64,000 nt of DNA from assembly GCF_009914755.1 (NCBI RefSeq), contig NC_060935.1; one strand, given 5' to 3'. The position numbers were made by a program, and so were the translations under genes. Positions 13,379 to 28,307 of this stretch are shown one piece after another. The DNA is from the human T2T-CHM13v2.0 reference genome, Homo sapiens. The stretch's first letter is position 1, and each line of letters starts with the position of its first letter. A model generated the notes under the pieces. It worked only from the letters and a program-made list of their open reading frames with translations. It did not search any database and was not told the DNA's origin.

Positions 13379-14070
13379 ATCAAAAGAACTCCTCTCATAG
13401 AATAATTGATTTACTGTTATTGAATTTCAAACCAAAGTTTTCAAATGTCTTTGTGTCAGGCACCATACCATTACACAATAATACATAGTGAATAGGATAC
13501 AGTTTATATTTTGATAGAGTTTATCACCTAACAGGTATGTTTATAAAGATTAAATATATACACCATATTGCCTTATTCATTGATTTAAAAATTCATTTAC
13601 AAAAATATTAGCACTTTAAGTATTGAGTATTTTATGTAACTTATCTTCTAGTGGAGTAGGTCTAGTAAGTGTGTGTGGTGAGACAGTAAAACATTATATA
13701 TAATATTTTATTTAAAAAAGTTAAAGGAGTTAAAAAATATAATAAGTTATATATATTGTTTTACTGTCTCACCCACTCACACTTCCTAGACCTACTCCAC
13801 TAGAAGGTAAGTTACATAAAGTACTCAATACTTAAAATGCTAATACTTATTAAAAATGTTTAAGTCAATGAATAAGGCAATATGGTATAGACATTAAATC
13901 TTCATGACCATACTTATTAGACTGTAAACTCTATAAAAATAAAAACTATGTTTATCGTGTTCAGTATGTATTCTTGTATTCTGGTATAATGCCTGACACA
14001 TAGACATTTTAAAACTTCGGTTTGAAAAGCAGCAACAATAAATCAATCATTCTATGAGAGTTCTTTTGAT
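13379..14070. repeat. Long imperfect inverted repeat (arms about 325 bp, spacer about 43 bp)
   Basis: 13379-13703 aligns by eye to the reverse complement of 13747-14070 along its whole length. Confidence 0.93.
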
Positions 14071-15523
14071 TACATAGTTTGTTAGAAGGTGCTAAGTGCA
14101 CAGATAAAGCAGAAATTAGTGGTGTACAGTAAATGTTTAATAACTTGTTCTCAATGGAGGAGTGGGAAAGTAGGGAGAGATGATTCTGATTTGCCAATTG
14201 TTGTGGTGTAAATACTGACAATGGTAGATTTCCATCTAATGATGGGATACTGCTGAACATTCTAATATTGAGAAGGGTTACACACTTTGAACTTTTGCTA
14301 GCTAGTGCTAACCAGCTCTACAACACTGCTAAAGTGGGTAAGGCTGAATATGATGTTAAATAGATGTTTAGTGTAGATTTCATTAAGATAATGAAGATAT
14401 GAATAACCCAAGCAGGTATCAAGGGAAAACAGTCTACCCAGAAAAAATAACCAGTACAGGAACATGTTGCATAAGAGTGATTGGTGAGTTTTGGGAAGGG
14501 CAAAGAGGCCAGTGAAGTTATAGAAGAGAGGGAAAGGGAAAGATCAGTAGGAAATAATGTTTGCATCAGTCAGGATCTCAGTAGGAAATAGATACCCAAA
14601 CCAAGTTATATTAAGACAGTTTATTTAGAAAAATTTGATCAAGGTTTAGGGAAACCAACAAAGAACAACATCCTGTTGTCAGCCACAACTGAGATACAGG
14701 ACTAGAACTCTCTATTTTATTTTAACCTAGAACCTACTTTTAAAAATTTTTTAATGTTGAGTTCTGCTAGACTAGTTATAAAAGCACAAAATACACTAAA
14801 GATGAAGTTGGAAAACTTGGGTTGCCATCACAACACTGCCATTTATTTGCCATATAACCTGAGAAATGCCACTTACCCTCTCTGAGTCTCATTTTCCTTA
14901 TTTGTGAAGCGAAATGTATTGTTTTGTGATGTAAATGAAACAATGCATGTGCCGTGTTTTCTTAAAAAGTTTTGCTTATAGAAAGGTGAGAAATTCTTAT
15001 TTTTAAGACGGTATTTCTACAATGAAAATCACCTTGGTTCTAGCTAAAGGATCAGAGAAATTTCTTTTCTTAAAAAACAATCAACCACGAGTATTGTACT
15101 GCACATCAAAAAAAAAAGGGACAATAATAGGATATTTTATGAACAAAAAGCACAAAATGAAACTATTTCTAGTCCTTGACATTCTGAATATAATATAGAT
15201 TAATGTTTTTAAAGCTACTGTTTATTGAGTGTTTTCTGTTGGTCATGCCATGTGCTATGGGCTTTATATACAGTAAGATGCCTATCTCTATTGTTACCAA
15301 CCCCAGCCTCAGCACTTGGCACAGTGCTTAATATATAATAGGTGTTTAATAAATATTTTATTTTCTATAACTATGTGAGGTAGTTGTTATTATCTTCATT
15401 TGATAGATGAGGCCTAGACAGTTAAATCATTTTCTTAAGTGGTAGATGCAACACTAGAATCCTGTTCCAGGTTTTAACTTTTATGGCTCATTCTGTAACC
15501 TTCAAAAAGCTAATTCTAAAATA

Positions 15524-16744
15524 CAGTAGTATGCCACACAATGGCATTTCTGTCAAGGATGGACCACATATATGACAGAGGTCCCACACTACTATAATGG
15601 AGCTGAAAAATTCCTGTCACCCAGTGACATCATAGCAGTCATAATATTATACACAATGCATTACTCATGTCTTCGTGGTGATGCTGGTGTAAACCTACTG
15701 AAATCCCACTTGTATAAAAGTCTAGCACATAGCATTATGTACACTACATAATACTTGATAATGATAATAAACAACTATGTTACTGGTTTATGTATTTACT
15801 ATCTATATTTTATCATTATTTTCGAATGTACTTCTTCCACTTATAAAAAAGTAAGTTAACTGTAAAACAGCCTCAGGCAGGCTCTCCAGGAGGTGTTCCA
15901 CAAAACGCCTGGATGTTTTATAGAGATTGTTATAGAGATGATAGCTCCATGTGTACTATTGCCCCTGAAGATTTTCCAGTGGGACAAGATGTGGAGGTGG
16001 AAGACAATGATATTGACAACTTTGACTCTGTGTAGGCCTATGCTAGTGTGTATGCTTGTGTCTCAGTTTTTAACGAAATTTCAATTATGTTTATAATAAG
16101 TAAAAAATTAAATAGCATAAAGCTTATAGGCTAAGGATATAATAAATATTTCCTACAGTTGTACAATATGTGTTTTAAGCTAAGTGCTATTATCAAAAGA
16201 CTCAAAAAGTTTTAAAAAATTAAGTAAAAAAGTTACAGGAAGCTAAGGTGAATTTATCATTAAAAAAGAAAAATATTTTTATAAATTTAATGTAGCCGAT
16301 ATATATATAGTGTTTATAAAATCTACTGTAGTGTAGAGTAGTATCTTAGGCCTTTATATTCACTCCTTATTCCCTCACTTACTTACCCAATGCAACTTCT
16401 AGTCCTGCAAGGTCCATTTATGGTAAGTGTCCTGTATATACAAGTATGCCATTTAAAAAAAAATTTTATACTGTATTTTTACTGTACCTTTTACATGTTT
16501 AGATAGGTTTAGATGTATAGATACTTGCCATTATCTTACAATTGCCTATAGTATTCAGTACAGTAATGTGCTGGACAGATTTGTAGCCTAGGAGCAGTAG
16601 GTTTTACCAAACAGCCAAGATGTTTAGTAGGCTATACCATTCTAGGTTTGTGCAAGTACACTGACTATGATGTTCACGCAATGACAAAATCACCTAATGA
16701 TGGATTTCTCAGAACATATCCCTGTCATTAAAGACACATGATTG
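15524..16744 (+). mobile_element. Tigger3 (MER7/GOLEM-type) non-autonomous DNA transposon, about 1.2 kb
   Basis: Termini cagtagtatgccacacaatg and gtcattaaagacacatgattg, flanked by TA; internal ataatggagctgaaaaattcct motif. Confidence 0.88.
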
Positions 16745-16845
16745 TAGTAATCTCCTCAGGAGAAGTCTAACAACGATAATTAGGAGTTCCAACATTTCTG
16801 CCTTCTCCTACTGACTCAGTGGTGGTGACAATTTGTTTAACATGA

Positions 16846-17617
<772 letters not shown>

Positions 17618-19404
17618 GATACTATTTTCCTACGTTTTAGTGTTTTAGTTTTCTCCTGTTTAAAATATTCTAGGCAGTGGGTTCTTTGAGGTAAGTTCAT
17701 TCATTTAACTGTAATAAGGACACAGCACATAGGTAAAGCCTCCCTCTCATTATCCCTTAAGTTTTCTGTTCTTCATCAGAGATTACATCTCATGATCTTC
17801 TCTAACTCCTAAATATTTATCCTACAAATGTTTTCATCTTGCTTGCATTTTGCATTCAAACATCGATTCATTCTTTTCTGCTTATAGCTGACTCAGTCAT
17901 GAAACCCATTTCACTCACATAAATTTGCATTAGGAAAACAAAATCACAAACAAACACAACAAAACAAAAACAAACAAAAAAAAACTCAATCAAGTCACAA
18001 ATTTACCAGGAGTTTGGGGAAGACATAGGCACTGACTTGTGGCAAGGCAGACAACTCAAAATTTAACACTAGACATCGCAGCTCCTAAAAGGCCTGTGAC
18101 ACCTTAACATGTAGAAAAACTTTCCTCTCTTTTGTAATCCTTTCTCCTTGACTTGTTCTTTTTTTTTCCTTTTTGTCATTGTTTTACACCCCAACTTTTA
18201 TTATTGTACTGTGCAGAGTGGTTTTACTGTTTCATTCATTTCCCTGTTTTATTCAAAACCATAATCTCAGGGTCTTACATCCAGAATCAATTGAAGCAAG
18301 GCAAGTCTCATCCTAAAGATGAATTCTGTTTTCCAGCTATGAAAATAGAAATTAGGTTTATTCTTCTATGGTAATATTCATGATTAACTTTTTAAAGTAA
18401 TCACCGTATCCAAAACACCATGTCAAACACTTTGTATGGCATTAATTCACTCAATTCTAATAACTATCCCCTGAGGAAGATTGTATTTATTATTCCCACT
18501 TTTAAGGGAGGAAACATTATCAGAGATATTCATCTTTTGGTTATTGATTCCCATTGAAAAGTGGTGGAGATAATCTGCCCCCAGCTTTATCAAGTACCAA
18601 AGTCCAAGTTCTTTCCATTGCACTCTGATAATCAACAGTGGGTTGAGAGTTTCTTTAAAGTGGACAATACCAGTTTGGTCTTTTGACATAAGAAGGCAAG
18701 ACATAATGCCAGGTAATCTCAGAGCCTATATAACAAATCTAAGGTACACAATTTCAAAGTCACCATCTGGGAGGATTGGGTGACCCACTGGACTCTTCAG
18801 GGATTAACAACAGTACTCAGAATGCTGATATTAATGACATTGCAAAGCGAAGCTACATCTTTAAGGAAACTGGAGCATTTTGCTGTTTTTTCAGCCATAA
18901 GTGACAAAGCATATATTTTATTATTAAGAAGCATGGGTTAGTTGCAGAAATAAGGCAGGGGAACATCACTCGTCTAGGGTCTCAAGTCAAAGAAAAAAAG
19001 TGGCTCAAGATGTGTCAACTCAGCCAGTGGTTTTCAAGTGAGAGTCTAATACACACAGGTGAGGAGGGAACAGCAGATTTACTACAAATAATTTGCTACT
19101 ACAAATAATTTATGTTTGTAAATTATTTTTTCCCATAATTTATTCTCATTCTTACACACTTTAGTAGGCAAAGTGTGTGAGAAGCAAACAGATGCAACAT
19201 AGCATATTGTCTGGCACACAGTCGTTCGGTAAGTATCTGATAACCGAGTATGTAAATAATAGCTAGAATCTTTCAAATTGCATCTAAACCACCACTTACC
19301 TTATCCATGCCTGTTGTATGAAGTCCATGTCATGAGAGAAAATGTGAGAAACCATTAAGCTCAGCTGCTAAGAAGAACTTTTCTTTACCAGGTACACATT
19401 TTAA

Positions 19405-20580
19405 AATTATTTTTTCTTAAATTTGTATTCAGCAATAATTTTAAGCTTACAGAGATGTTGTGAAAATAAAAGCAATACAAAAAACATGAATATATATTTT
19501 ACCCAAACTTACTTACATTGTATCCTGTTTCTCTCTCTCTCTCTCCCAGTCTGAGCCATTTTAAGGGTAAATTGCATAGACTGTAACTCTTTACCCCTGA
19601 ATATTTTAGTGTGTATTTCCTAAGAATAGGAATAGACTCATATAGCCACAGAACAGTTTTCAACTTCAGTAAACTCTATATTGATATAATGCTTTTATCA
19701 AATCTACTGTATATCAGTTTTTAAAATTAGATATAATAATATCCTCAGTATTTTTCCTCTCCAAAATAGAATCTAGTCTAGGATCAAATAGCATTTAGTT
19801 TTCATGGTTCTTTAGTCTGAAATATTTCCATAACCTTGTACATATGTGTCTTTATGTGCTTGACAGCTCTGGAGGATATAGTTCCTCCTCTTCCTCCTCA
19901 TTTTTTTAATAGAACATTCTTCATTTTGAGTGTATCTAATATTTCTTCATGACTAGATCCAGGTAATGCACTATTAGCCAAAATTCCACATAGGTGATTA
20001 TGCATCTTTCTGAGATGGTGTCACATCTGGAGGCACATCATGACCATCTGTCTCACGTTGGTGATGTTAATCACCTACTCCAGATGTGGTCCAATTTTCC
20101 CACTGTATAATTATTTCTTCCCCTTGTTTAATAAACTGTCTACATGGAGACATTTTAAGACTATGCAAATACCTCACCTCTTATCACAATTTCTTCTACA
20201 GTTGGCATCGTCGATGGTTACAAATTTATGATTTTTCAACTTCAGCACTGCTTTTAAATTTATTAGCCAATATTCAGGATTCTACTATTAGCAAAAATCC
20301 TCCATTTTTTCTATCTATCTATCTATCTATCTATCTATCATCTATCTATATTAATGGTATGGAGTAAAGGCTTTCCATTGTTTGATAGTGTATAACTCAT
20401 TGATGTGCTTAATTATCTTTGTGTTCCAATGGTTCCAGAATTTGCCCATGGTACACCTTCAAGCTGGTTCTTATGTCTCCATTTCATATACACATTTTTT
20501 AAAACACACATTCTCTCTGGTAAGCAAATTATTCTAGAGCATCTTGTACCTACAATGCTCCAGGCCTGAAATTAGCCATG
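19405..20580 (-). mobile_element. Old L1M (L1MC/ME-like) 3' region
   Basis: aataattttaagcttacaga...ttttacccaaa and gtgtatttcctaagaata motifs typical of antisense old L1 3' UTRs. Confidence 0.6.
20310..20350 (+). repeat. (TCTA)n tetranucleotide repeat
   Basis: About 10 units with one interruption. Confidence 0.9.
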
Positions 20581-21051
20581 ACTCCAAGGAGTAATGTTTT
20601 CTTTCATTGGGAAGGAAACTCAAGATCAAGATTCGGAAGCAAGTTTTCCTCACCAGAGAGACACATTTTATCTCACATCATGAATAGGACAGGGATGTGG
20701 GGTGTCTTGGTCTATAAGGAGTACACAAGTGAATATAGCAGTGAGGACAGTAGGACTTGAGAGGAGAGCAAATGTCAAAATTATACTCTGCTCTCTCAAT
20801 AAATGCATATGAAATGGAATTGTTACTTTTGATTATACCTCAAAGTTATTGCTTCCTTTTCTTTCTTGGTCTCGTGAGAAGTGTATAATGCACTTCCCAT
20901 GGAACAAAATATTCATAGTCATTGCTAGGACAAAGGAACTGTTTTATTTTTGTCTACTGAAGTTATTTAAGTAAACTCAGCTTTCCTCTTAGATTTCATT
21001 GCTGAAATAGTGAAGATGTGTAATTTGTGAATTGTGTAAGAGAGACCTCAT

Positions 21052-21372
<321 letters not shown>

Positions 21373-24300
21373 CTAGATAAAGCAAAGAAAAATAAGTCTG
21401 TATTATAAGAAGTTTTCTGATTAGGTTAAATAGGGGACCCTGTGCAGTGTCAGTTGTCACATTAAAACAGAAATTTTCTCTCATGAAACTCTCTATCCAT
21501 TATGTCCTGTATTTCAGAGTTTACAAGAGATTTTTTGTTTACTTTTTCTTTTATTTATTTTTTTAATAGCACTGTTGGAGAATGGGACATGGGGACTGAA
21601 ATTTCAATGAATTGGTTAAAAGTAATCAAACTGACTAGGATTACATCCTAGCTCAACCACTTCCTAGATGTGTGACCTTGGGTATGTTATTTAACTTCTC
21701 ATATGTAAAATGTGGATAACAATAATAATGTATAAGATTCAAAGAATTAAATGATGCAATACATGTAAGGTAGTTAGAACATTTTTTCAACAAAGGGCAC
21801 AACAGTATTGTGTTAAGCTGTGGTTAGTTACTGACAACTTAGCAATCATTAACTTCTCTGGCAATTAGCTTAACAAAGTAAGTTTACAGTGAGTCCTGAG
21901 AAAATATATTATAATGGCCTACATTTAGTGGAAAAATAAGGGAAAGGGGAGGATGGAAAATTCATGAAGATAGAACCAAAAATAAATAATGTTTCTGGAG
22001 ACAGATAGGATTTCAGGACAAGTTTCAAAAATGAGGTGACAGCAGGAACAAAGGTATCTTCTGTTACCCAAAAGGGAAAAAGGAGACAGGAACAAGGAAC
22101 AACTTCTTGGCGTTTAATGGTGTGTTTCCAATTCTGAGCACAGTGGCTGCCTATAGTAGGTGCTCATTAAGTATTGGCTGACAGACTGATAAATCAATAA
22201 ATAAAAGAAAACTACCTTCATTGTAAAACTTACATATACCAAGAATAGTGTAAAATCAAATTAATCATAGGTAGGACCAAGTCAATCTTGGTTGATCATA
22301 TATTGTTTCAAACCACCCCCTTCTAACAAATGCAGTTTATGACTATGGAAACTTACTATTGGAGGAGACTTCTCAGTATATTCAGTCCGACATCCCACAC
22401 TATGCTAAGATGCCCATTGGGATAACACCACCATGTGACCCATCAAGGGAAAACCTACCCCACAAGGGAAAACATGAAGTTCTTTAGGCTAAACCAAAAT
22501 CTAATTCCATTCGACTTAAATAGAGCCATCCATGAACCTGGTATTATGGTATACTATGGAAGTACAAAAAAATACAAAGATGACTTACACAGCTTATCTT
22601 ACTGAAAAGCTCACCATCAAGTGAAGAAACTCCACGTAAATACATAAAATGGTAATTGATATAAAATGAGGTAGGAACCCAGATACACCAGAAATATTTC
22701 CTAAGGAGGTGAAAATAGAATTGGATCTTGAAATATCAGTAACTGCTCACTGAGCAGAGAAGAGGAGGAGAGGCATTTCCAGCAGAGGGAACAACATATG
22801 CAATGACACAGAGGTGTGAAAGTGTGAGATGAGTTACCAAAAAATGAGAAGTTCTACGTGGCTAGAATATTGAGTTTGTAGTGGGAAATAACAAGAGATG
22901 TAAGGAGTTTAGAAAAATCCGTGTATACCAGTGTCTCTCAATCTTCTTGAAGGAAAAAAACACATTATAGGCCTCTAGGAATATGTTCACAAATCCCTAC
23001 AGAATTAAGAAACTGAAGTTTATTCTAAGATTCTTTCAAATCTTCACTTTTAAAGAGTTATAAATTCATTCGTAATACATTAAATGTTAGCTGTCATCAC
23101 CATAAAAACCCAATGTTTAAAAACCATAACATTCTTATCTTCAAAAGTATGTCTGAAAAATTTGCCTTGAAAACATGCCATTGACAAGGGTAGTTGTGAT
23201 AGGTTATTAAACAAGGAATTGATATTATCCTACCTATACTTCAAAAGATATGATGTTAGTGGCATTAGTAGAATGCAGAAAGATAATCAGTGAGCTATTG
23301 GGGGGAGTCATGGATGAGAGCTTGATCTAAAGTAGTGAGAATGAGGATGAAGATGAGTTGGTTAGTATACAGAATCAGAAGCTCTCGGTGACTGACTGTA
23401 AGGCAGCAAGGAAAGCAACAAGTTCAGGATGATTCTGACACATCTGTGATTGATTTCTAACAATTGGTCCTTGTTTTTGTCCTAGTAAGCTATACGTCAT
23501 TTTAAAAATGTAATTTCTCTTCATATAACAGCACTTATAAAGCTGATATTATGCTTCCTTCTCTAGAACCTTAACTTTTTTTCTGCAGCCCTTCAGCTCT
23601 TTTTGTTTCAATGTCACTATCAAACACTTCACTAGGAACTATTTCACCACTTCACATGCAAGGACTTTTTAAGGAGCAATCTACAGAGTGGTAAATGAGC
23701 TGTGGGCTTTAATGAGAAACAAGGGAAGTTTTGAAATTTTTAATGACATTTAAACAAGAATAGTGTGTGTATTTGCAGAGAAAAGCCAGCTGGAAAACTA
23801 CAATGAAGCCTCCATAGGTAATCTAGTTTTCAGTCTTCCTGCCTGAGAAATGGACTTCCTTAGTTCATGCAACAACAACAACAAAAAAAAAGGTCACACA
23901 GATTCAAAAAATAAATTCATTTGACACTAATTGTATAAACTAGATAGCCAAGGAGATAGTTAACATGGAGTGACGCATTCTAGTAATTGGAAGGCTAAAC
24001 TATTTCCCTAGTATCTTCCTCACTAATTCTGAGGGAATCAGAAACTCAGTAGTTTGGTGTACCCTGACTCCGAGAGAGGCAGAAGGTTTTGAAAGATGAT
24101 TGCCAGACCAGGAAAACCTTTCCGGGCCTGTTTTAATTAATCCCCCAGATTTACCACCTTGATAACCACATTGGTATTCTGATCAGGCAATAATCCTGAT
24201 AATAACAATAAGAATTCCTATGTGCCAGACATTAATACTCCTCACATGTTATCTTATTTAGTCCTCACAACAGTCCTAGGACATTTCATTGATTAAACTA

Positions 24301-24409
24301 AAGCACCATTCTCAGCAAAGTAATTATTCTAATAAATTTAGGAGACAGTCTCTGTCCTTACATTATAAGCTCATTCCACTCATTTTACTCAAAAGGTAAC
24401 TTTTTTCTC

Positions 24410-24981
24410 ATATATATATATATATTTTTATACTTTAAGTTCTAGGGTACATGTGCACAACATGCAGGTTTGTTACATATGTATACATGTGCCATGTTGG
24501 TGTGTGCTGCACCCATTAACTCATCATTTACCTTAGGTATATCTCCTAATGCTATCCCTTCCCCTTACCCCTACCCCATGACAGGCCCCGGTGTGTAATG
24601 TTCCCCACCCTGTGTCCAAGCGTTCTCATTGTTCAGTTCCCACCTATGAGTGAGAACATGCGGTGTTTGGTTTTTTGTCCTTGTGATAGTTTGCTGAGAA
24701 TGATGGTTTCCAGCTTCATCCATGTCCCTAAAAAGGACATGAACTCATCCTTTTTTATGGCTGCATGGTATTCCATGGTGTATATGTGCCACATTTTCTT
24801 AATCCAGTCTATCATTGTTGTACATTTGGGTTGGTTCCAAGTCTTTGCTATTGTGAATAGTGCCGCAATAAACATATGTGTGCGTCTTTATAGCAGCATG
24901 ATTTATAATCCTTTGGGTATATACCCAGTAATGGGATGGCTGAGTCAAATGGTATTTCTAGTTCTAGATCCCTGAGGAATC
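24410..24981 (-). mobile_element. 5'-truncated L1PA 3' end (about 560 bp)
   Basis: tactttaagttctagggtacatgtgcacaac...; minus-strand ORF MFIAALFTIAKTWNQPKC is the ORF2 C-terminus; tail degenerated to (TA)n. Confidence 0.95.
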
Positions 24982-25752
24982 TAGTTGTACTGGCATATGC
25001 AATTTATTGTTCATGCCAAATATGAATATTGACAAAGTAAAGTGAATTTATGTAAGCCTTGTGTCATCTTCACTCTGAATTAAAAGGTGCAGGTATTATC
25101 TTATGGCAAGTACTGTCTTAGGAAGATTCACTGGAAAGAGAGAAAGAGAGAAACTTCCCAGATTAGTGCAGAGTCCTTTAGGGTCAATGAAAACACTGAT
25201 ATTGAAGACATATAGAACTGGATTTCAGTATCAGTTCTAAAATTCTGGGCATCTACTTCCTCATTTATAAAATTTCTTCAATAATTACATGCTCAGGTTA
25301 TCATGAGAATTTATGTACATCTAGCTCCTATTACATACACAAAAAATGTTTCCCTTTTTCTCCTGCCACCTTCTCTGTAATCTTCAATAGTCTTCTCAAC
25401 TTCTCTTATAATTTAGCATAGGCTGTCAGTCTTCATGATGTGTATTTATCCAAGCTAAAGAGCTTTTGTTTAATTTTTCATGATTTGAACTCACTGCTGT
25501 GGAAAATGGCTATTTAAAAGGGATAATGTCATTTTCCAAGAATTCAATTGAGGGTCCTAGAAGATCTTTATGGAGCAAAATAATAATACACCTTTTCTAA
25601 GTATAGAGTCAGGCATTAAGACATATAGACATTTCACTTCCTTGGGATAAGTCTTGGGAAAAATATCACTACACATTAGCAATACATATTGCAAATAAAA
25701 TTTATAACTCTATTTTATGCATTTATTAAACAAATACGAGTTAAAAGACTTC

Positions 25753-26031
25753 AGGAGTTTTGGTCTGTAGCCCAGGCTGGAATGCAACGGTGCAATCTTG
25801 GCTCACTGAAACCTCTGCCTCCCGGGTTCAAAGGATTCTCAAGCCACAGTCTCCCGAGTATCTGGGACTATAGGTGTGTGCCACCATGCCTCGCTAATTT
25901 TTTTGTATTTTTAGTAGAGATGGGATTTCTCCATATTGGCTGGGCTGGTCTCAAACTCCTGACCTCAAGAGATCCACCACCTTAGCCTCCCAAAATGCTG
26001 GGATTACAGGCTTGAGCCACCACACCTGGCC
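25753..26031 (-). mobile_element. AluS lacking a poly-A tail
   Basis: Antisense Alu from ggagttttggtctgtagcccaggctgg to cacacctggcc. Confidence 0.9.
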
Positions 26032-26079
26032 TAACTTCAAGGTATCAAAGACAAATTAACAATGTCTGATGCATACATA

Positions 26080-27475
26080 GGACTGCTTTGTAATCTTCTA
26101 CACTAATGATTTGTACTATTTTGGTTTCAGAATCCATTTATAACTCTTACAATATATGAAAAATTTCTGCCAGCTTTTATTTATGTGGGTTATATTTATG
26201 ACTACTTCTCATTTGTAAAACTGAAATAAAAAGATCTTGCATATTTGTATTAATTTATTTAAAAAATTAATTTGTTATGTGATAGTATAAATAATATAAT
26301 TTTAATATTTCAAAAATACTAAGTGGAATGAGATTACTTTATATTTTTTAAAAACACACTACATCTGACTACTTCTACATTCAATATATTATAATTTATT
26401 GTTTGGTTGAAGAACTTGATGAAAATCTAGCCTCACACAACTATGTAATCAGAATAGAGAGAAGTATTTTTAAAAACATTTTCAGATAATTGTAGATCCT
26501 TTCTTTTTGATACTAAAACTTCACAAATGGTAATTTCCTCAGAGTTTAATTACACTGTCAAATCTGAAATCATATCAATGAACTTTTTGTCCTTGCTACA
26601 TTAAAGTCCATTGATCTGTCTAGCATCATGAATGAGTATTTTACCCATTAGTGATTTTATAATAGCATGCATTGGTCATTTGTAAAATACTCAGTTAAGT
26701 GATCTTCCAAATGTTAAAATATCTCATTATACAATATTCAAAATCACATTATTAATATCACCACCAATCTCATCAGAAATATCTTTAAGTATGAAGACAT
26801 TGACAAGCTCATAATGATGTTATCAATTTTTCTTAATTTAAATTTTTGCTTGAAAACTCAAATTGTAGCATTGGCAAAAAAGAAAAAAAATACCATTAGC
26901 TTTTTTTTTCTGTTTAAGTGACAGACTTGCTTTGTTCACATAAGAAGTCTGCCAAATGCCTGTCTAAATAGCCAGTTTATCTCTGAATCCTACATTCAAG
27001 TGAAAATGATTTCCTGTGGGAAACATGATTATTTCAGCTCTCAACACAAATAATGGCACAAATGTTTTTTCCCTAGACGAACATATTTCAGAATGCAGCA
27101 TAAATAGTGCATATGTAGGTTCCATTTTGTGAAACAGAAAATTAAAAAGGCATGTAAAAAAAGATAGTTTAAAAAATTGTTTTGCTTCATTATGGACATT
27201 AAGTGAAACTTGCATTTATTCATTTTTACTGCAAGTCTGTGGCTGGTGAAGAATATAATAATTACAGTACACTTGGTTGCCACTACCTTGATTTGTGCTA
27301 AGACACCAGAAGATTTGCCCACCATTGCTTTTGCACCATCAGTGCAAATGTGAACACAGAAAAAGGCAAAATCACATCATAGTATCATTAGGAAAATAGT
27401 TTTGACATTGCAAATCCTCTGAAAGAGTTTCAGGGACTTCAAGGGGTCTGTTGGCCCCATTTTGTTAAGCAATAA
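26080..27475 (-). mobile_element. Charlie1-family hAT DNA transposon remnant
   Basis: Right end matches the Charlie1 terminus (gaaaatagttttgac...ctgaaagagtttcaggga). Minus-strand ORF 27041-27325 MVGKSSGVLAQIKVVATKCT resembles the decayed hAT transposase segment preceding the CxxH motif. Confidence 0.8.
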
Positions 27476-28273
27476 AATATTGGGATTGTAGAATAATTTC
27501 TTTTTTAAAAATAAGGGCATCTGGGAAGACCTTATTAATTTCAAATACAATTCTGCATTTTCAGGATGAAATGTTAAAGAATGTTGATATCTAAAGGCAC
27601 ATTTGCGAAATCCAAAAAGACATGGTGGCTAACAACGTACATTATCAGGCCTTTCCTCTAGAGATTTTGGTTCAGTAGGTCTGGCAGTGGAAGTGGGGGT
27701 GTTTATGACCTCCAGTGAGCCACAGTGACTTATATAATAATGTTATATATATATGTGTGTGTGGAGATATAGATATATCACATAATTATTTGTATTTATA
27801 TATTAAACCTTATTATCAATACAAAGAGCACACACCCACACACTTATTTTTGTGGGGGCAGGGTAAAAGGTGTTTTCCTGCAATGGTACATTAGTCACCT
27901 TGCTTCTCTCTCTGGTGGCTGTTGAGGTTGTCTACAGTGGATTGGGTGCATCCTGAGGGCCCTCAACAGAATGAGGTCCACACACAACCTTCTAGTATTT
28001 GGAAAGTTGAGGGACAGCATGAAAATTGCACAGTAAAAGCACACACTGTTGAGCTATGAAAATGAAGCAGTTTTTTTTTTATAGTAAATAGTAGGTCATT
28101 GTGTTTCCCAAACGTGATCTAATTGGCTATTACAAATTATCTGGCACATATATTGATTCCAGATGTGATTAGTGTTCACTTGGTTTTAGGGTTTTACATA
28201 TACGCCAATTTGGCAGTCCTAACGTGTTGATGTTGATAATGTTTCATGGCCAAAACTAGAATATATTTTCATA

Positions 28274-28275
<2 letters not shown>

Positions 28276-28305
<30 letters not shown>
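28276..28305 (+). repeat. (AC)15 microsatellite
   Basis: Perfect dinucleotide run. Confidence 0.95.

Positions 28306-28307
<2 letters not shown>

Noticed and set aside
19080-19111. 15-bp direct repeat tactacaaataattt
   Set aside because: Ordinary local slippage in AT-rich intron.
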